A stretch of 64,000 nt of DNA, taken from assembly GCA_964016885.1 (NCBI GenBank), contig OZ024752.1, forward strand, positions 36,642,001-36,706,000, read 5' to 3'. How positions within the stretch are numbered: the first letter of the stretch is position 1; every line of letters begins with the position of its first letter. This document shows positions 31,000-46,797 of this stretch, in pieces. The notes beneath the pieces were generated by a model, which saw only the letters and a program-made list of their open reading frames with translations, was not told where the DNA came from and made no database searches. Position numbers and translations under genes: made by a program. This DNA comes from Eledone cirrhosa (Eukaryota).

Positions 31000-31173
31000 C
31001 GAAGGAAATGTGGTAAGGAACCAAATGGACCATAACGAACAAACGTACTCAATACTTAGGGTAGTAGAGTGGGTAATAGGAACGTGTAGGACCCCGACGG
31101 CTGAGCTCAACCCGTTTCGACGGTAGCCGTCGAAATGGCTTGAGCTCAGCTGTCAGGGTCCTACTCGTTCCTA
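30771..31173. mobile_element. Family B (30771-30970, plus) and family A (30998-31173, minus) fold-backs sharing a TA tract
   Basis: Palindromes centred at ~30838 and ~31122; hairpin at 30906-30926. Confidence 0.85.
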
Positions 31174-31391
31174 TATATATATATGTATATATATATATAT
31201 AAAATAACAGGAGGCTGGACTGGTGTAAATCCTTGAAAGGTTTATTATACTATAATCACTTCAATGACCGGGTTCCATATGAATCCAGTGATATCAGGTA
31301 TTCGAAATATAACAAAGGAATATGTAAAAACCATGGGTCTAAAAAATACTTCAGTGGGCAACAAACCTAAATATATATATATATATATATT

Positions 31392-31490
31392 ATATAAAAT
31401 TAACAAAGAAGCCTTTAATACATTAAACATCTTTATTAGCAAATAAAGATTTTTAATGTATTAAAGGCTTCTTTGTTAATTTTATATAAT
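31392..31490. repeat. ~47-bp-arm palindrome adjoining a TA tract
   Basis: ATATAAAATTAACAAAGAAGCCTTTAATAC... mirrored about ~31439. Confidence 0.85.
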
Positions 31491-31589
31491 TTTTCGGCTC
31501 TGTTTGATAACATTGAGCTATATCTTATACTGTCATTTCTCTAATACGACGAGTGTGTTTAACTCTAATGCAATCAAGTATTCTTATCT

Positions 31590-31996
31590 TACAGAACTTA
31601 TGTTTACCGAATTCGCAGACCAGACCCCTTCTTCTTCCCCCCGTTAGACCTGTGCGAAATTCCTTCCTTGCTCACATTTCAACCAGGTTTGATGGTCTTT
31701 ATTCTCTCGTTCACGATTTTATCGAGTTTATATTCATAGAAATCTGGGACTTGTCTCTTTCTTCTCACTTTCTGTTGCTTAAACCATTTTGTTTGTTCAC
31801 CCTAACGTTCTCTTTATTTACGTGTCCCAACGACTTTTTTTAGCCGTTGTTCGCACCAACCTGAGGTATATGGCCCTTAAAGCGATGAAATGCCTAGGAC
31901 GGTTGGAGGGTCACTGATGAAGGACTCACTTTTTCATATGTAACCCATTTGCAACGCCGCAGCTCCATTATTATCATATTTACATATATATATATA

Positions 31997-32043
<47 letters not shown>

Positions 32044-32110
32044 CGAATGAAATGTGGTAAGGAACCAGATGGACCATAACGCACCGAAGTACTCAATACT
32101 TAGGGTAGTA
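31590..32110. mobile_element. Family I copy plus an isolated family A tail (32042-32110)
   Basis: Sequence identity with other copies in the window. Confidence 0.75.
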
Positions 32111-32129
32111 ATATTTGTATATATATGCA

Positions 32130-32955
32130 CACGCGCGGAGGAACTGAAAAGTTCTTGGCTTTGGGTTAAAGAAAATACAGGAAGATCAGTTAATTATGAT
32201 TTTATTCGGCGTATTCCCCTCTCAGATTCACACACTTATTGCAAATGGTCCTTCAGTTTTTCTAAATAAAGTTGAGATGGTCACGGCTTAAATGCCCTTC
32301 AAAAGGTGTTTGTTTGAACAAGATCAGCTTGGCTCTAAATGCTAGAGCTGTGAAATCTTGCATAATATTTTATTCTCTATTATTAACATTAATATTTCAA
32401 CTTTTCTTATTAATAACTGCATTGTTTCATTCCAGAGACTATGTTGAAAAATAAACCCCATTTTGTCATTCCATGAGAGTATCTTGGTCAGCTTACGATG
32501 GAGTGATTCTAGAGCTGTGAAATCTTGCATGCATTAATTGCAACTTTTCTTATTAATAACTGCACTGTTTCATTCCAGGGCCTATGTTGAAAAATAAAAC
32601 TCATTTGGTCATTCCATGAGAGTATCTTGGTCAGCCTATGAAGGAGTAATGCTAGAGCTGTGAAATCTTGCATGCATTAATTTCAACTCTTCTTATTAAT
32701 AATTGCATTATTTCTTTCTAGAGACTATGTTGACAAATAAACCTCATTTGGTCATTCCATGAGAGTATCTTGGTCAGCCTATGAATGATTGATTCTAGAG
32801 CTGTGAAATCTTGCATGCATAATTTCATTCAACTCTTCTTATTAATGAATAACTGCATTGTTTCTTTCTAGAGACTATGTTGAAAAATAAACCTCATTTG
32901 GTCATTCCATGAGAGTATCTTGGTCAGCCTATGACCTTTTCACCCAACGCTTGTA
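32130..32955. mobile_element. Mariner 3' fragment and MITE with ~4 tandem ~143-bp internal units
   Basis: Minus strand near 32200-32243 reads CNKCVNLRGEYAE-stop. Unit CTAGAGCTGTGAAATC...GACTATGTTGAAAAATAA...GGTCAGCCTATGAA is repeated 32342-32950. Confidence 0.7.
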
Positions 32956-34084
32956 TATAATGTATATATATTCATATAAATATCCCGGCGCCGGGATTCG
33001 AACTTTCGACCTTACGACCGCGAGCCGAATATCCTAATCACTACCATTAAGCCATGCTAATATGTATAGTAGACAATATGAACATATGGAAATATAGAAA
33101 TATGGACAGACAAAGGTAGAAGGCATATCTCTGACTCTTTCAATTATTCTGACGGCACTCAACTATAAAAGGAAGTTCACGACAAAGACTAGTTTCTATA
33201 TTTTTAAATTCCCAATCCTCAACTTGAGCACGCCTACCAAGGCCCAGTTATAAACATTTGAATGCAAACGTCACTCTAATAAAATTCATTATCCAATATC
33301 CATACATGAATAATAATTGGAGATTTAAGTTCGTGCTAGCTCGGATCTCTTCCAAGCAACTTAAACATACTCGCGGCACGTTTATTTAGAATATGCGGCC
33401 ACATTTAAGTAGCTTTCTACTTTACACACTAATTGACAACATCGCTTTAGCAAAATTTAGTTTTAGATAGTTTCCGTATGTCTTCAATTTTTTATATATA
33501 TATATATAAATATAAATATAAATAACCGACGCCAACATTCCAACAACAACAAAATAAAAATAAAATAACGTTGAAATATCCTTCGTATACGAAAATATAT
33601 AACGTAAAAAAAAAAAAAAAGAAAAAACAATGGACAAACAGCACTTTTTTTTTTATTTAAAAAAAATCCCTACCGTAACTTATTTCATTATTTTTTCTTG
33701 TATTTAAAAAAATCCACCCTAAAATCGTGACCTACAGTAAGCTGTCACGCAACGCAAGAAGCAACCGTATGTAGGTTATATCGTAAGCAGAATAGGCACG
33801 CGTAGGATGAAGCTAAAATACCAAGCAGCGAGAAAGAGAGGGAGAGGGAGGGAGTAAAGGAGAGAGAGAGAGAAAGGGAGGGAGGGAGAAAGAGAGTAAA
33901 GGGGAGATAGAGTGAGGGAGGGAGATAGAGATAGTGTGAGATAGAGACGGGGAGAAGGGAGAGTTGCCTTATATATTTGATATAAACTGATACAAGGAAA
34001 TTCGCTAAAATCTACAGACAGTAATTATATTTCATTCAGGATGTCCATAAATTGAATGTACGTGTGAGTATGTAAGTAGAAAAT

Positions 34085-34116
34085 ACACACGACACGGATA
34101 CACACACACACACACG

Positions 34117-34202
<86 letters not shown>

Positions 34203-35010
34203 CGCAAATATACGCACATACACTCTCACACACACATGCATACGTATACACATACACATGCACATACACTCACACAGAGAAAGACACGCATACATACATA
34301 CATACATACATACATACATACATACATACATACATACATACATACACACAGTGACACACACATGCACACGCATACGCACACATACACTCATACAGAGAGA
34401 GATACGCACACATACACGCGCGCACACACACACACTTACATACTCTCGTACAGACACACACACATGCACACGTACACAGAGATACGCACACATACACACA
34501 CATACACTCACAGAGAGAGAGAGAGAGATACGCACGCCGCATACACACACACACACACATTCACGCAGAGAGAGATACGCACACACACACACACACATAC
34601 ACAGAGATACGCACACATACACACACATACACTCACACAGAGAGATATATACGCACGCATACACACATTCACACAGAGAGAGATACGCACACATACACAG
34701 AGATACGCACACATACACACACACATACACTCACAGAGAGAGAGATACGCACGCATACACACACACACATTCATGCAGAGAGAGAGAGACACACACACAC
34801 ACACATATACAGAGATACGCACACATACACACACATACACTCACAGAGAGAGAGAGATATACGCACGCATACACACACACACACACATACACACATACAC
34901 AGAGATACACACACATACACTCACAGAGAGAGAGATATACACACGCATACACACACATTCACAGAGAGACAGATACGCACACACACACACACACATACAC
35001 ACAGACACGA
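34085..35010. repeat. Compound (CA)n/(CATA)n/(GA)n low-complexity array
   Basis: Direct inspection. Confidence 0.95.
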
Positions 35011-35693
35011 ACATACGGGCACTTATACAAACATGTACGTCATCAAACAATATTATGAATGTGGTTTACTGTTAGCGTAACTAAGTCTTATTATAATGTA
35101 CCTCGGCTCAGCATTTTTAATAAAAGAAAAAATAAGGAAAAAGAAGAAATTCAATGCAAATATTACTGTATTATTTCTAGCAGTGATTATCTATAACTAT
35201 GAATATCTATGATAGCTATGATAATAACTGTGTGGCGTATATATATATATATATATATAAATGTAAGTATGTATGTATACGTACATACATATATGTATAC
35301 AGACGTACAGTAGCATGCATATATATATATATATACATATATACATACAGGTACACATACATATATGTACGTATCAGTTTAGCGGACGCTTATTATAACG
35401 CCCGCTTTGTTCGTTTGTAAACAAACTGAACAGCCTGAATTTATGCCGTACGGTGTTAAGGCAACCACGTCACCTTTTTGTTCAACACTGACACAGGAAC
35501 GATGTACTAGTTTCAAGCTTGTTAGCTATCATCAGCACCGTATACCCTTCTGCCAGATGGTTGAACGTTCGAAAGTATATACTTTCCTTATGAAAATTAA
35601 CGGCTGAGCAGCCTAATTTGCATATCGAGTGCCGTACTAAGTAAGTGCCGTACTAAGAGTGAGAAATGAAATTTCGTTTTCATTTTATTACAA

Positions 35694-35756
<63 letters not shown>

Positions 35757-35758
<2 letters not shown>

Positions 35759-36340
35759 CGAAGGAAATGTGGTAACCAGGTGGACCATAACGCACCAAAG
35801 TACTCAATACTTAGGGTAGTAGAGTGGGTAATAGGAACCAGTAAGACCCCGACGGCTGAGCTCAAGCCGTTTCGACGGCTAATTCGAATTAGCCGTCGAA
35901 ACGGCTTGAGCTCAGCCGTCGGGGTCTTACTGGTTCCTATATATATATATATATAACTGTTTCTACTTTAGGCACAAGGCCAGCAATTACCCAGTGCATT
36001 ACTGGTACTTTATTTTATCGACCCCGTAAGGATGAAAGGCAAAGTCAACCTCGGCGGGATTTGAACTCAGATCGTAAAGGGACGTAAACTATGCTGGAAA
36101 GCATGGCGTCTGACCCTCTACCGATACTACCAATCCACCGCATATATAACGAAGAAAATGTGGTAAGGAACCAGGTGGACCATTACGCACCAAAGTACTC
36201 AATACTTAGGGTAGTAGAGTGGGTAATAGGAACGAGTAGGACCCCAACGGCTGAGCTCAAGACGTTTCGACGGCTAATTCTTTTAGTCCAGAATTAGCCG
36301 TCGAAACGGCTTGAGCTCAGCCGTCGGGGTCCTACTCGTT

Positions 36341-36345
<5 letters not shown>
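35757..36345 (-). mobile_element. Family A fold-back (35757-35939), full SINE (35955-36141) and family A fold-back (36148-36345)
   Basis: Three elements stacked in one TA tract. Confidence 0.85.
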
Positions 36346-36401
<56 letters not shown>

Positions 36402-37126
36402 GAGCTATAAACTCAAATAGTCTTTTCCAATTAAATAGCTCAAAGAAAGGAATATTTAAAATTTGTCCAGGTATCACGGCTATTGCCAATATAGGTTTGT
36501 TTTTATTGATTTATTATTTTAAATCGAGACAGGCAAACCGTATTATTTTAATTAGTATTTTTCAATCTAGCTAACTTGGTCATTTGCAATGCAAACACAT
36601 GTATACTTGTATCAGTGTTTATCCCTATCATATATTCATTTGTATATATATATATATATAAAAAACATGAGAAGAAAGAGGAATACTGCGTGGTTGCACA
36701 TGGGTTACATATTATAAAATTAGTCCCTCGTCAGTGATTTGCCAACCATCATTGGTATTTCATCGCATTAAAAATCATATACCTCAGGTTGGTGCGAGCA
36801 ATAACTAAAATAAGCTATTGGGACAAGTGAGTCACGTAAAGCGAGTGAGACAAGTAAACAACATAGAAGGATAAAAGCAAACCGAAGATAGGAAAAAAAA
36901 ACAAGCAACATGGTTATCCGGTCAGCATAAACTGGGTGAATTTCATGAGCGATCAAAATACAGACTGTCCGACGTGAGTGAGATGTGAGCAAGAAAGGAC
37001 CCCACTACTAACGAAACAGGAGGAAGTGAGAAGGGGAGAAACAGAGAGTGAGTGAGTGGAAGTGCGAGGAAGAGGTCAGTCGAGAGAAAGTGTAACTGAC
37101 AGGGGGCGAATATATATATATATGCA

Positions 37127-37569
37127 GAAGTTATATTTAATTTGTTGGGATTCAACAAGCTTAAAAGTTTTATAACTCAACAAATTACTGGAGTAAATAT
37201 TCAATATATTAATAAATGGAAACTATATTTATAAAACCATAATTATTTTATTATATATATTTCAAGGGCAACCACCAAGGAAAATTTTGGTGCGCTTTCA
37301 TCAGATAAAATACAAAATTTGTTTTATAAATGTTGACATACCCGCGGAAAAACAACCTTGACGGTTGAAGGTTTTCTGAATAGAGAACCTCTGGATAGAA
37401 AACCTTCAACCGTCAGGGTTGTTTTTCCGCGGGTATGTCAACATTTATAAAACAAATTTTGTATTTTATCTGATGAAAGCGCACCAAAATTTGCCTTGGT
37501 TGCCCTTGAATTATATATAATCAAATAATTATGGTTTTATAAATATAGTTTCCATTTATTAATATATTG

Positions 37570-37570
<1 letters not shown>
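37127..37570 (-). mobile_element. Family C fold-back element
   Basis: Arms centred at ~37385; intact minus-strand hammerhead at ~37246-37310. Confidence 0.85.
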
Positions 37571-37600
<30 letters not shown>

Positions 37601-38042
37601 ATGTGTATGTTTATGCATATATATATATATATATAGATATTTCTTTATTTATATAGATAGATATTTAAATATATCTATATGGATATGCATACATACATAT
37701 TCATATATACATATATATAAATGTGCATATATATATATATATATATATAGAAATTACATGAATCGAAATTCTGTTTAAACCATTTATTCGCTTACAATTG
37801 TTTCTTCCAACCGAGGTTTGTTGGAGTCTTCGGAGCAATTTTTCAATGATTTTTTACATACTTGACCTCCTTTCCAACACAAGAGACATATAGAAACGAA
37901 TGTATATATCGATGCACAGTATTAGAGATAGCTAATAGATATATATATAGATATAATGTTATATATATATGTATAAATATATATATATACATGTATGTAG
38001 TACTAAATAATATATATATCTATGAATATCTATCTATATATC

Positions 38043-38171
<129 letters not shown>

Positions 38172-38189
38172 ATATGTATATATATATAT

Positions 38190-38425
<236 letters not shown>

Positions 38426-39009
38426 CAATAAACAATGCAAGGTATTTATTATTGACAACGCCTTTTCGAAAAGAATTTTAACCGGTTGTTAAAAGTGGCG
38501 TCCATTTTGTCTATATATATATATTTATACGTTTATACTTTCATCAGTCAGAAGGTTATCGTGAAATCCAGCGAAGTGCACCTTTGCTCAACTAGTTTTT
38601 AACCTTTAGTCTTACTTTCCTTTCATAATTCGTCGTTTTTCTTCGAATCTTAGTGTGTCTTTATGACAGATATGTGAAATGTGTGTGACAAAAGAAATAC
38701 TTGAAGCTTTCATTATAATGCTTTACTATAAAAAACAAATAGCATTTTCAGTTAACGCTGTGTTGCAGTTTATATTATATATCGTCTGCCTTTTGTTCAA
38801 CAATCCATGGCAGAAACAATACGTTTCAATGTTTAAACTAACAACTACCAACTGCCAACTGCCTTGGTATTTCTTTCATATTAGTTGGACGGGGGGGGGG
38901 GGGGGGGGGGGGGGTCGGCTGAAACGTTCATAGGCTGACTATGAAGGAGTGATGCTAGTGTTGTGAAATCTTGCATGCATTAATTTCAACTCTTCTTATT
39001 AATAACTAA

Positions 39010-39132
<123 letters not shown>

Positions 39133-39183
39133 CATATATATATATATACATATATACATACATATATATATACATATATATAT

Positions 39184-39826
<643 letters not shown>

Positions 39827-40394
39827 TATATATATAGAGAGAGAGATTACAGTAATCAAAGTTCAGTTTAAGTCATTTATTTGCTTACAATTGTTTCCTC
39901 CAAACCGAGGTTTGGATTCTTCGGAGCAACTATTTATAACATACTTGACCTCCTTTTCAACCCAAGAGACACATAAAACATATGCGCATATTGATCAACA
40001 GTGGGGTGACATTCATCAAATGAAACAGCATGGCAATTTACATATAAAGGTTACATGATAAAAATAAAATAAAATAAAAGCAAGAGTGAAAATAAAGATA
40101 AACATGAAGCGTTGGCAGTCTATGAAGATAAAGCAAGAGGAAAGCTTAGAGTAGTCAGTGCATGAAGCAATCTCCCGTGTAGCATGCACGCTTGTCTTAT
40201 CTATACATGATTAGAGTGCGTCAGAATGATATTTGCAGGGTCAGGCAGTTGAAGCAGGCAATCGATCTTATAATATAGGCTGAATTATTAAGTCATTAAT
40301 TCTCATACATCTGTATGATATACAGTCTCGGATGCGGGGAAACACCAAAATATCAAAAACCTTCAACATACTATAAACCTTATATATATATATA

Positions 40395-40567
40395 TAAATG
40401 TAAGTATGTATGTATACGTACATACATATATGTATACAGACGTACAGTAGCATGTATATATATACATACAGGCACACATATATATATGCCTGTATGTATA
40501 TATATATACATGCTACTGTACGTCTGTATACATATATGTATGTACGTATACATACATACTTACATTT
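40395..40567. repeat. ~80-bp-arm palindrome of a repeat also present unfolded at 35258-35365
   Basis: AAATGTAAGTATG...CATACAGGCA mirrored as TGCCTGTATG...CATACTTACATTT. Confidence 0.85.
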
Positions 40568-40622
40568 AAGTAAGTGCTGTACTAAGAGTGAGAAATGAAA
40601 TTTCGTTTCATTCTATTCCATT

Positions 40623-40653
<31 letters not shown>

Positions 40654-41074
40654 TTGTGTGTGTGTGAGCGTGTGTATGTGTGTGTGTGTGGGGGGGGGGG
40701 GGGGTGCATGTGTGTGTGTGTGTGTGTGTGCACATGTGTTAGTGTATGCGTGTGAATGTATCTAAATATGTATGCATGTATATATATATACAAACAGTTT
40801 CAGAAGATCCCGTTAAGGGTGAAAGTAGCGATTCTTTGCTTAAACTTGAACCTGTTATTTCGATAAATATACAAACATATATACATTCATACATAAACAC
40901 AGACGCATGTATCTATATAATATATATTTCATATATATTACATTAAATGTTATGGATGTCATAATTGAGATAATCTCGAACACGTGTCCTGTCTCCCAAA
41001 ATCAGCTCATAGAAAAAATTCAAGGAATAAACCCGAGCATATAAATAGTATAAAATACTAGTTTATAATGTGTG

Positions 41075-41156
<82 letters not shown>

Positions 41157-41160
<4 letters not shown>

Positions 41161-41470
41161 GGAGGTGAGTTTTATTGTAGTAGAATAAAGCAATGCAGAT
41201 ATCGGATAAGAAGCACTCTACAGTTTGTAGGACTGGAGTATACATAATATATAAGATCAAAAGATGGTTAAAGGAGTTCCATGTATTTTATTATGCGCAT
41301 TTCAAAAACAAACATCATCATGCAATAATATTTGTGTTTTCATCAGCCTTCATATCATGTTCTCCTGTTTTATCTGATGAAAACACAAATATTATTGCAT
41401 GATGATGTTTGTTTTTGAAATGCGCATAATAAAATACATGGAACTCCTTTAACCATCTTTTGATCTTATA
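41157..41470 (-). mobile_element. Family D fold-back element, third copy
   Basis: Long arm stops just after TCATCAG (41346). Plus-strand hammerhead at ~41368-41434; hairpin on minus at 41214-41240. Confidence 0.85.
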
Positions 41471-42446
41471 TATATATATATATATGTAGATAAATCTACC
41501 AAAATTTTACGGTAGTGTCCAATCCGTATGAAGAACTCAATGTAATCCGGATATCATGAAAAGAGAAGATGCATTCAAAAACTACTTTCGGTGAAAAATA
41601 AACGGAAAACAGAGTCAAGATAAATTAATAAAATAATGAATAAACAAAGAAACAGTTCCTTATATTAAAAAAATTCATCATTTTACGATCGTTTCTAGGA
41701 TATATATGTGTTAGAGTTGGTATGCATATTCTATAGATCTATGTACAATATTTATACAAACTATCAGAGGGAATATACACACCTACACATATATATGCTG
41801 TCTTCAGAAATAGTGATATTTGTATATATATAAATATATATATTAAAATATAGAGAAAAATACTGCAGGTAGCACATGGTAACATGTAATAAAATAAGTC
41901 CCTCATCAGTGATTTGCCGAAGATCATAGATATTTCATTGCATTAAAAATCATATATCTCACTTCGGTGCAATAATAACCAAAATAAGTTATTAGGACAA
42001 TTAAAACGCATAAAGCGAGTGAGACAGGAGAACAACAGAAAATATAGCATACCGTGGGGGAGAAACAAGCTTCAAAAATTATTCTGTTTAGCGTAAGCTA
42101 GGTGAATATATGAGCGCTTAGAGAATAGTACCAGCACGAACGAAGGCTATTGAGCAGAGATATATATATATATATATATATAGTCGCATATATGTTATAG
42201 AATGCTGTTAGCTTCTCGCTAAAACAATCTCTATACCTCTCATTTATATATATATATATATTTATATATAATAGAAAAAACGAGGGAGTTTCGTTTACAT
42301 ATGAAAACTATTTATTGCGTATCGACCTGTTACGCACGTTTCGCATAGGATTGGCTCAAGGTGACCCATAGGAGTTATGAACGCGACTCCAGTATCGATC
42401 TGCTCCTCAGACTGGTGATGCGACAAAAGATATATATATGCATACC

Positions 42447-42513
<67 letters not shown>

Positions 42514-42639
42514 ATATATATAATGTACGAGCGTCGACTGAAAAGTTTAAAGGCTGACTATGAAATAGGGATGCATTAATTTCCGCTCACTGCGTTATTT
42601 CTTTCCGGGGATTATGTTGAGGAATAAACCTCGTGGATA

Positions 42640-43619
42640 TGACGCCAGTCCATCGCTGGGTTAAACTCCCGGCTATTGCTGCTGGTAGTCATTTTTCAGC
42701 TGAGTATACTGGAGACACATTAAAAAATGATGTGTTTTGTTCAAGAACACAACACAACACACAACTCAGTCCAAGAATCGAACTGATGACATTATGATCG
42801 TAAGTTCAACTCCTTTACCACTAGGTCACGTGCCTCAACTGATTGACCAACTGAAATACTACTCGTCGTAACTCAGTCCAACAATCGAACTGATGACATT
42901 ACGATCGTAAGTTCAACTCCTTTACCACTAGGTCACGTGCCTCAACTGATTGACCAACTGAAATACTACTCGTCGTAACTCAGTCCAAGAATCGAACTGA
43001 TGACATTATGATCGTAAGTTGAACACCTTTACCACTAGGTCACCTGCCTCAACTGATTGACCAACTGAAATACTACTCGTCGTAACTCAGTTCAAGAATC
43101 GAACTGATGACATTATGATCGTAAGTTGAACACCTTTACCACTAGGTCACGTGCCTCAACTGATTGACCAACTGAAATACTACTCGTCGTAACTCAGTCC
43201 AAGAATCGAACTGATGACATTATGATCGTAAGTCCAACTCCTTTACCACTAGGTCACGTGCCTCAACTGATTGACCAACTGAAATACTACTCGTCGTAAC
43301 TCAGTCCAACAATCGAACTGATGACATTTTGATCGTAAGTTGAACACCTTTACCACTAGGTCACGTGCCTCAACTGATTGACCAACTGAAATACGACTCG
43401 TCGTAACTCAGTCCAAGAATCGAACTGATGACATTATGATCGTAAGTCCAACACCTTTACCACTAGGTCACGTGCCTCAACTGATTGACCAACTGAAATA
43501 CTACTCGTCGTAACTCAGTCCAAGAATCGAACTGATGACATTATGATCGTAAGTTGAACACCTTTACCACTAGGTCACGTGCCTCAACTGATTGACCAAC
43601 TGAAATACTACTCGTCGTA
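42640..43619 (-). repeat. SINE whose tRNA-like head is amplified as an 8 x 107-bp tandem array (42763-43619)
   Basis: Minus-strand unit contains GAGGCACGTGACCTAGTGGTAAAGG (A-box-like) and GTTCGATTC (B-box). The last unit continues into a SINE body GTGTTCTTGAACAAAACAC...; related SINE at 44966-45110. Confidence 0.8.
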
Positions 43620-43805
43620 GAAACCGACGGAGGCCCATTTTGATTTCTACAATCGTGACAAAACAAAGAATAAGAGGAAGTCTTAGTCTGCTGAAGGTTT
43701 GCTACAGGTCTCTGCATCACCCATTTCCTCCACTCCCTTTCTCATTCATCTCATATTTCCTATTACAGTCAATGACGTAACTAATAGTTTCCTGGATATT
43801 AACTA

Positions 43806-44821
43806 CTGCTGCTGTTGTTGCTGTTGCTGCTGTTGTTGTTGTTATTGCTGTTGCTGTTGCTGTTGCTGCTGTTGTTGTTGTTGCTGTTGTTGTTGTTGCT
43901 GTTGTTGTTGTTGTTATTGCTGTTGTGCTGTTGTTGTTATTGCTGTTGCTGTTGCTGCTGTTGTTGTTGTTGCTGTTGTTGTTGTTATTGCTGTTGTTGC
44001 TGTTGTTGTTATTGCTGTTGCTGTTGCTGCTGTTATTGCTGTTGCTGTTGTTGTTGCTGTTGTTGTTATTGCTGTTGCTGTTGTTGCTGTTGCTGTTGTT
44101 ATTGCTGTTGTTGATGTTGTTGTTGTTATTGCTGTTGTTGTTGTTGTTGCTGTTGTTGTTGCTGTTGCTGTTGTTGTTGTTGTTGTTGCTGTTGCTGTTG
44201 TTGTTATTGCTGCTGCTGTTGCTGTTGCTGTTGTTATTGCTGTTGTTGCTGTTGTTATTGCTGTTGTTGTTGTTGTTATTGCTGTTGTTGTTGTTATTGT
44301 TGCTGTTGCTGCTGTTGTTGTTATTGTTATTGCTGTTGCTTTTGTTGTTGTTGCTGCTGTTGCTGTTGCTGCTGTTATTGTTGTGTTGTTGTTGTTGCTG
44401 CTGTTGTTGTTATTGCTGTTGTTGTTATTGCTGTTGTTGTTGTTGTTGTTGTTATTGCTGCTGTTGCTGTTGTTGTTATTGTTGTTGTTGTTGTTGCTGT
44501 TATTGTTATTGCTGTTGTTGTTGATGTTGCTGTTGTTGATGTTGCTGTTGTTGTTATTGTTGTTGTTGTTGTTGTTGTTGCTGTTATTGTTATTGCTGTT
44601 GTTGTTGATGTTGCTGTTGTTGTTATTGCTGCTGTTGTTGTTGTTGTTGTTGTTGTTGCTGTTGTTGTTGTTGTTGTTGTTGCTGTTATTGTTATTGCTG
44701 TTGCTGTTGCTGTTGTTATTGCTGTTGTTGTTGATGTTGCTGTTGTTGTTATTGCTGTTGTTGTTGTTGTTGTTGCTGTTATTGTTATTGCTGTTGTTGT
44801 TGTTGTTGCTGCTTCTGCTGC

Positions 44822-44856
<35 letters not shown>

Positions 44857-44910
44857 CTGTGCTGTTGTGCTGTTGTTACTGTTACTGTTGTTATTGTTAC
44901 TGCTGATGAT
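43806..44910. repeat. (TTG/CTG)n trinucleotide microsatellite
   Basis: Direct inspection. Confidence 0.97.
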
Positions 44911-44965
44911 GTCGATGGTAGCGACATTCTGTCCACTAGCAGGAAGTTAGACTCCCTATAATTAT

Positions 44966-45110
44966 GAAGGGGCGTGGCTTAATAGTTAGGGGTGGGGGTG
45001 TCCGACTCATGTTTGTAAGGTCCTGAGTTCCATTTCCGGCAGCGCGTTGTGTCTTTGAGCAAGACACTTTATTTCACGTTACTCCACTCCACTCGGCTTG
45101 CAAATATGAT
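44966..45110 (+). mobile_element. tRNA-derived SINE, second family
   Basis: GGCGTGGCTTAATAG...GAGTTCCATTTCC...GTGTCTTTGAGCAAGACACTTTATTTCAC. Confidence 0.6.
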
Positions 45111-45123
45111 CAATTTAAATGTT

Positions 45124-45220
<97 letters not shown>

Positions 45221-45300
45221 AACGGAGTTAAACACTCTCGTTAATATCCTGTCATTAATGAGCTCAACGTATAAAAACTGGACTCTTTATAATATAATAT

Positions 45301-45638
45301 AATTGTTTCTACTTTTTGGCACAAGGCCAGCAATTACCCAGTGTATTACTGGTACTTTATTTTATCGACGCCGTAAGGATGAAAGGCAAAGAATATAATA
45401 TAATATAATATAATATAATTGTTTCTACTTTAGGCACAAGGCCAGCAATTTTTTTAAGGGGAAGGAAAAGTCGAATAAATCGACCCCAGTGCATTACTGG
45501 TGCTTTATTTTATCGACCCCGTAAGGATGAAAGGCAAAGTTAACCTCGGCGGGATTTGAACTCAGACTATAAAGGGGCGTAACTCTATGCTGCAAAGCAT
45601 GGCGTCCGACGCTCTACCGATACTACCAATCCACCGCC
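45301..45638 (-). mobile_element. Partial SINE (45301-45391) and full-length SINE (45417-45638)
   Basis: Minus strand starts GGCGGTGGATTGGTAGTATCGG (A-box-like), then GAGTTCAAATCCC (B-box), Meta-like core and tail. Confidence 0.85.
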
Positions 45639-46797
45639 TATAATATAATATAATATAATATAGTATAATATAATATAATATAGTATAATATAATATAATA
45701 TAATATAATATAATATAATATAGTATAGTATAGTATAGTATAGTATAGTATAGTATAGTATAATATAATATAATATAATATAATATAATATAATATAATA
45801 TAATATAATATAATATAGTATAGTATAGTATAGTATAGTATAATATAATATAATATAATATAATATAATATAATATAATATAATATAATATAATATAATA
45901 TAATATAATATAATATAGTATAGTATAGTATAGTATAGTATAGTATAGTATAGTATAGTATAGTATAGTATAGTATAGTATAGTATAGTATAGTATAGTA
46001 TAGTATAGTATAGTATAGTATAGTATAGTATAGTATAGTATAGTATAGTATAGTATAGTATAGTATAGTATAGTATAGTATAGTATAATATAATATAATA
46101 TAATATAATATAATATAATATAATATAATATAGTATAATATAATATAATATAATATAATATAGTATAATATAATATAATATAATATAATATAATATAATA
46201 TAATATAATATAATATAGTATAGTATAATATAATATAATATAATATAATATAGTATAATATAATATAATATAATATAATATAATATAATATAATATAATA
46301 TAATATAATATAGTATAATATAATATAATATAGTATAATATAGTATAATATAATATAATATAATATAATATAATATAATATAATATAATATAATATAATA
46401 TAATATAATATAATATAATATAATATAATATAATATAGTATAGTATAATATAATATAATATAATATAGTATAATATAATATAATATAATATAATATAATA
46501 TAATATAATATAATATAGTATAATATAATATAATATAATATAGTATAATATAATATAATATAATATAATATAATATAATATAGTATAATATAATATAATA
46601 TAATATAGTATAATATAGTATAATATAATATAATATAGTATAATATAGTATAATATAATATAATATAGTACAATATAGTATAATATAATATAATATAGTA
46701 TAATATAGTATAATATAATATAATATAGTATAATATAGTATAATATAATATAATATAGTATAATATAGTATAATATAATATAATATAGTACAATATA
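45639..46797. repeat. (TAATA/TAGTA)n pentanucleotide microsatellite
   Basis: Direct inspection. Confidence 0.98.

Noticed and set aside
42783-42875. Hammerhead in the 107-bp unit (CTGATGA ... GAAA on plus)
   Set aside because: No stem II, no U at position 16.1 and no stem I. The unit is better explained as a SINE head on the minus strand.
45540-45638. tRNA gene
   Set aside because: The A/B boxes belong to a multi-copy SINE head that continues into a SINE core; no clean cloverleaf.
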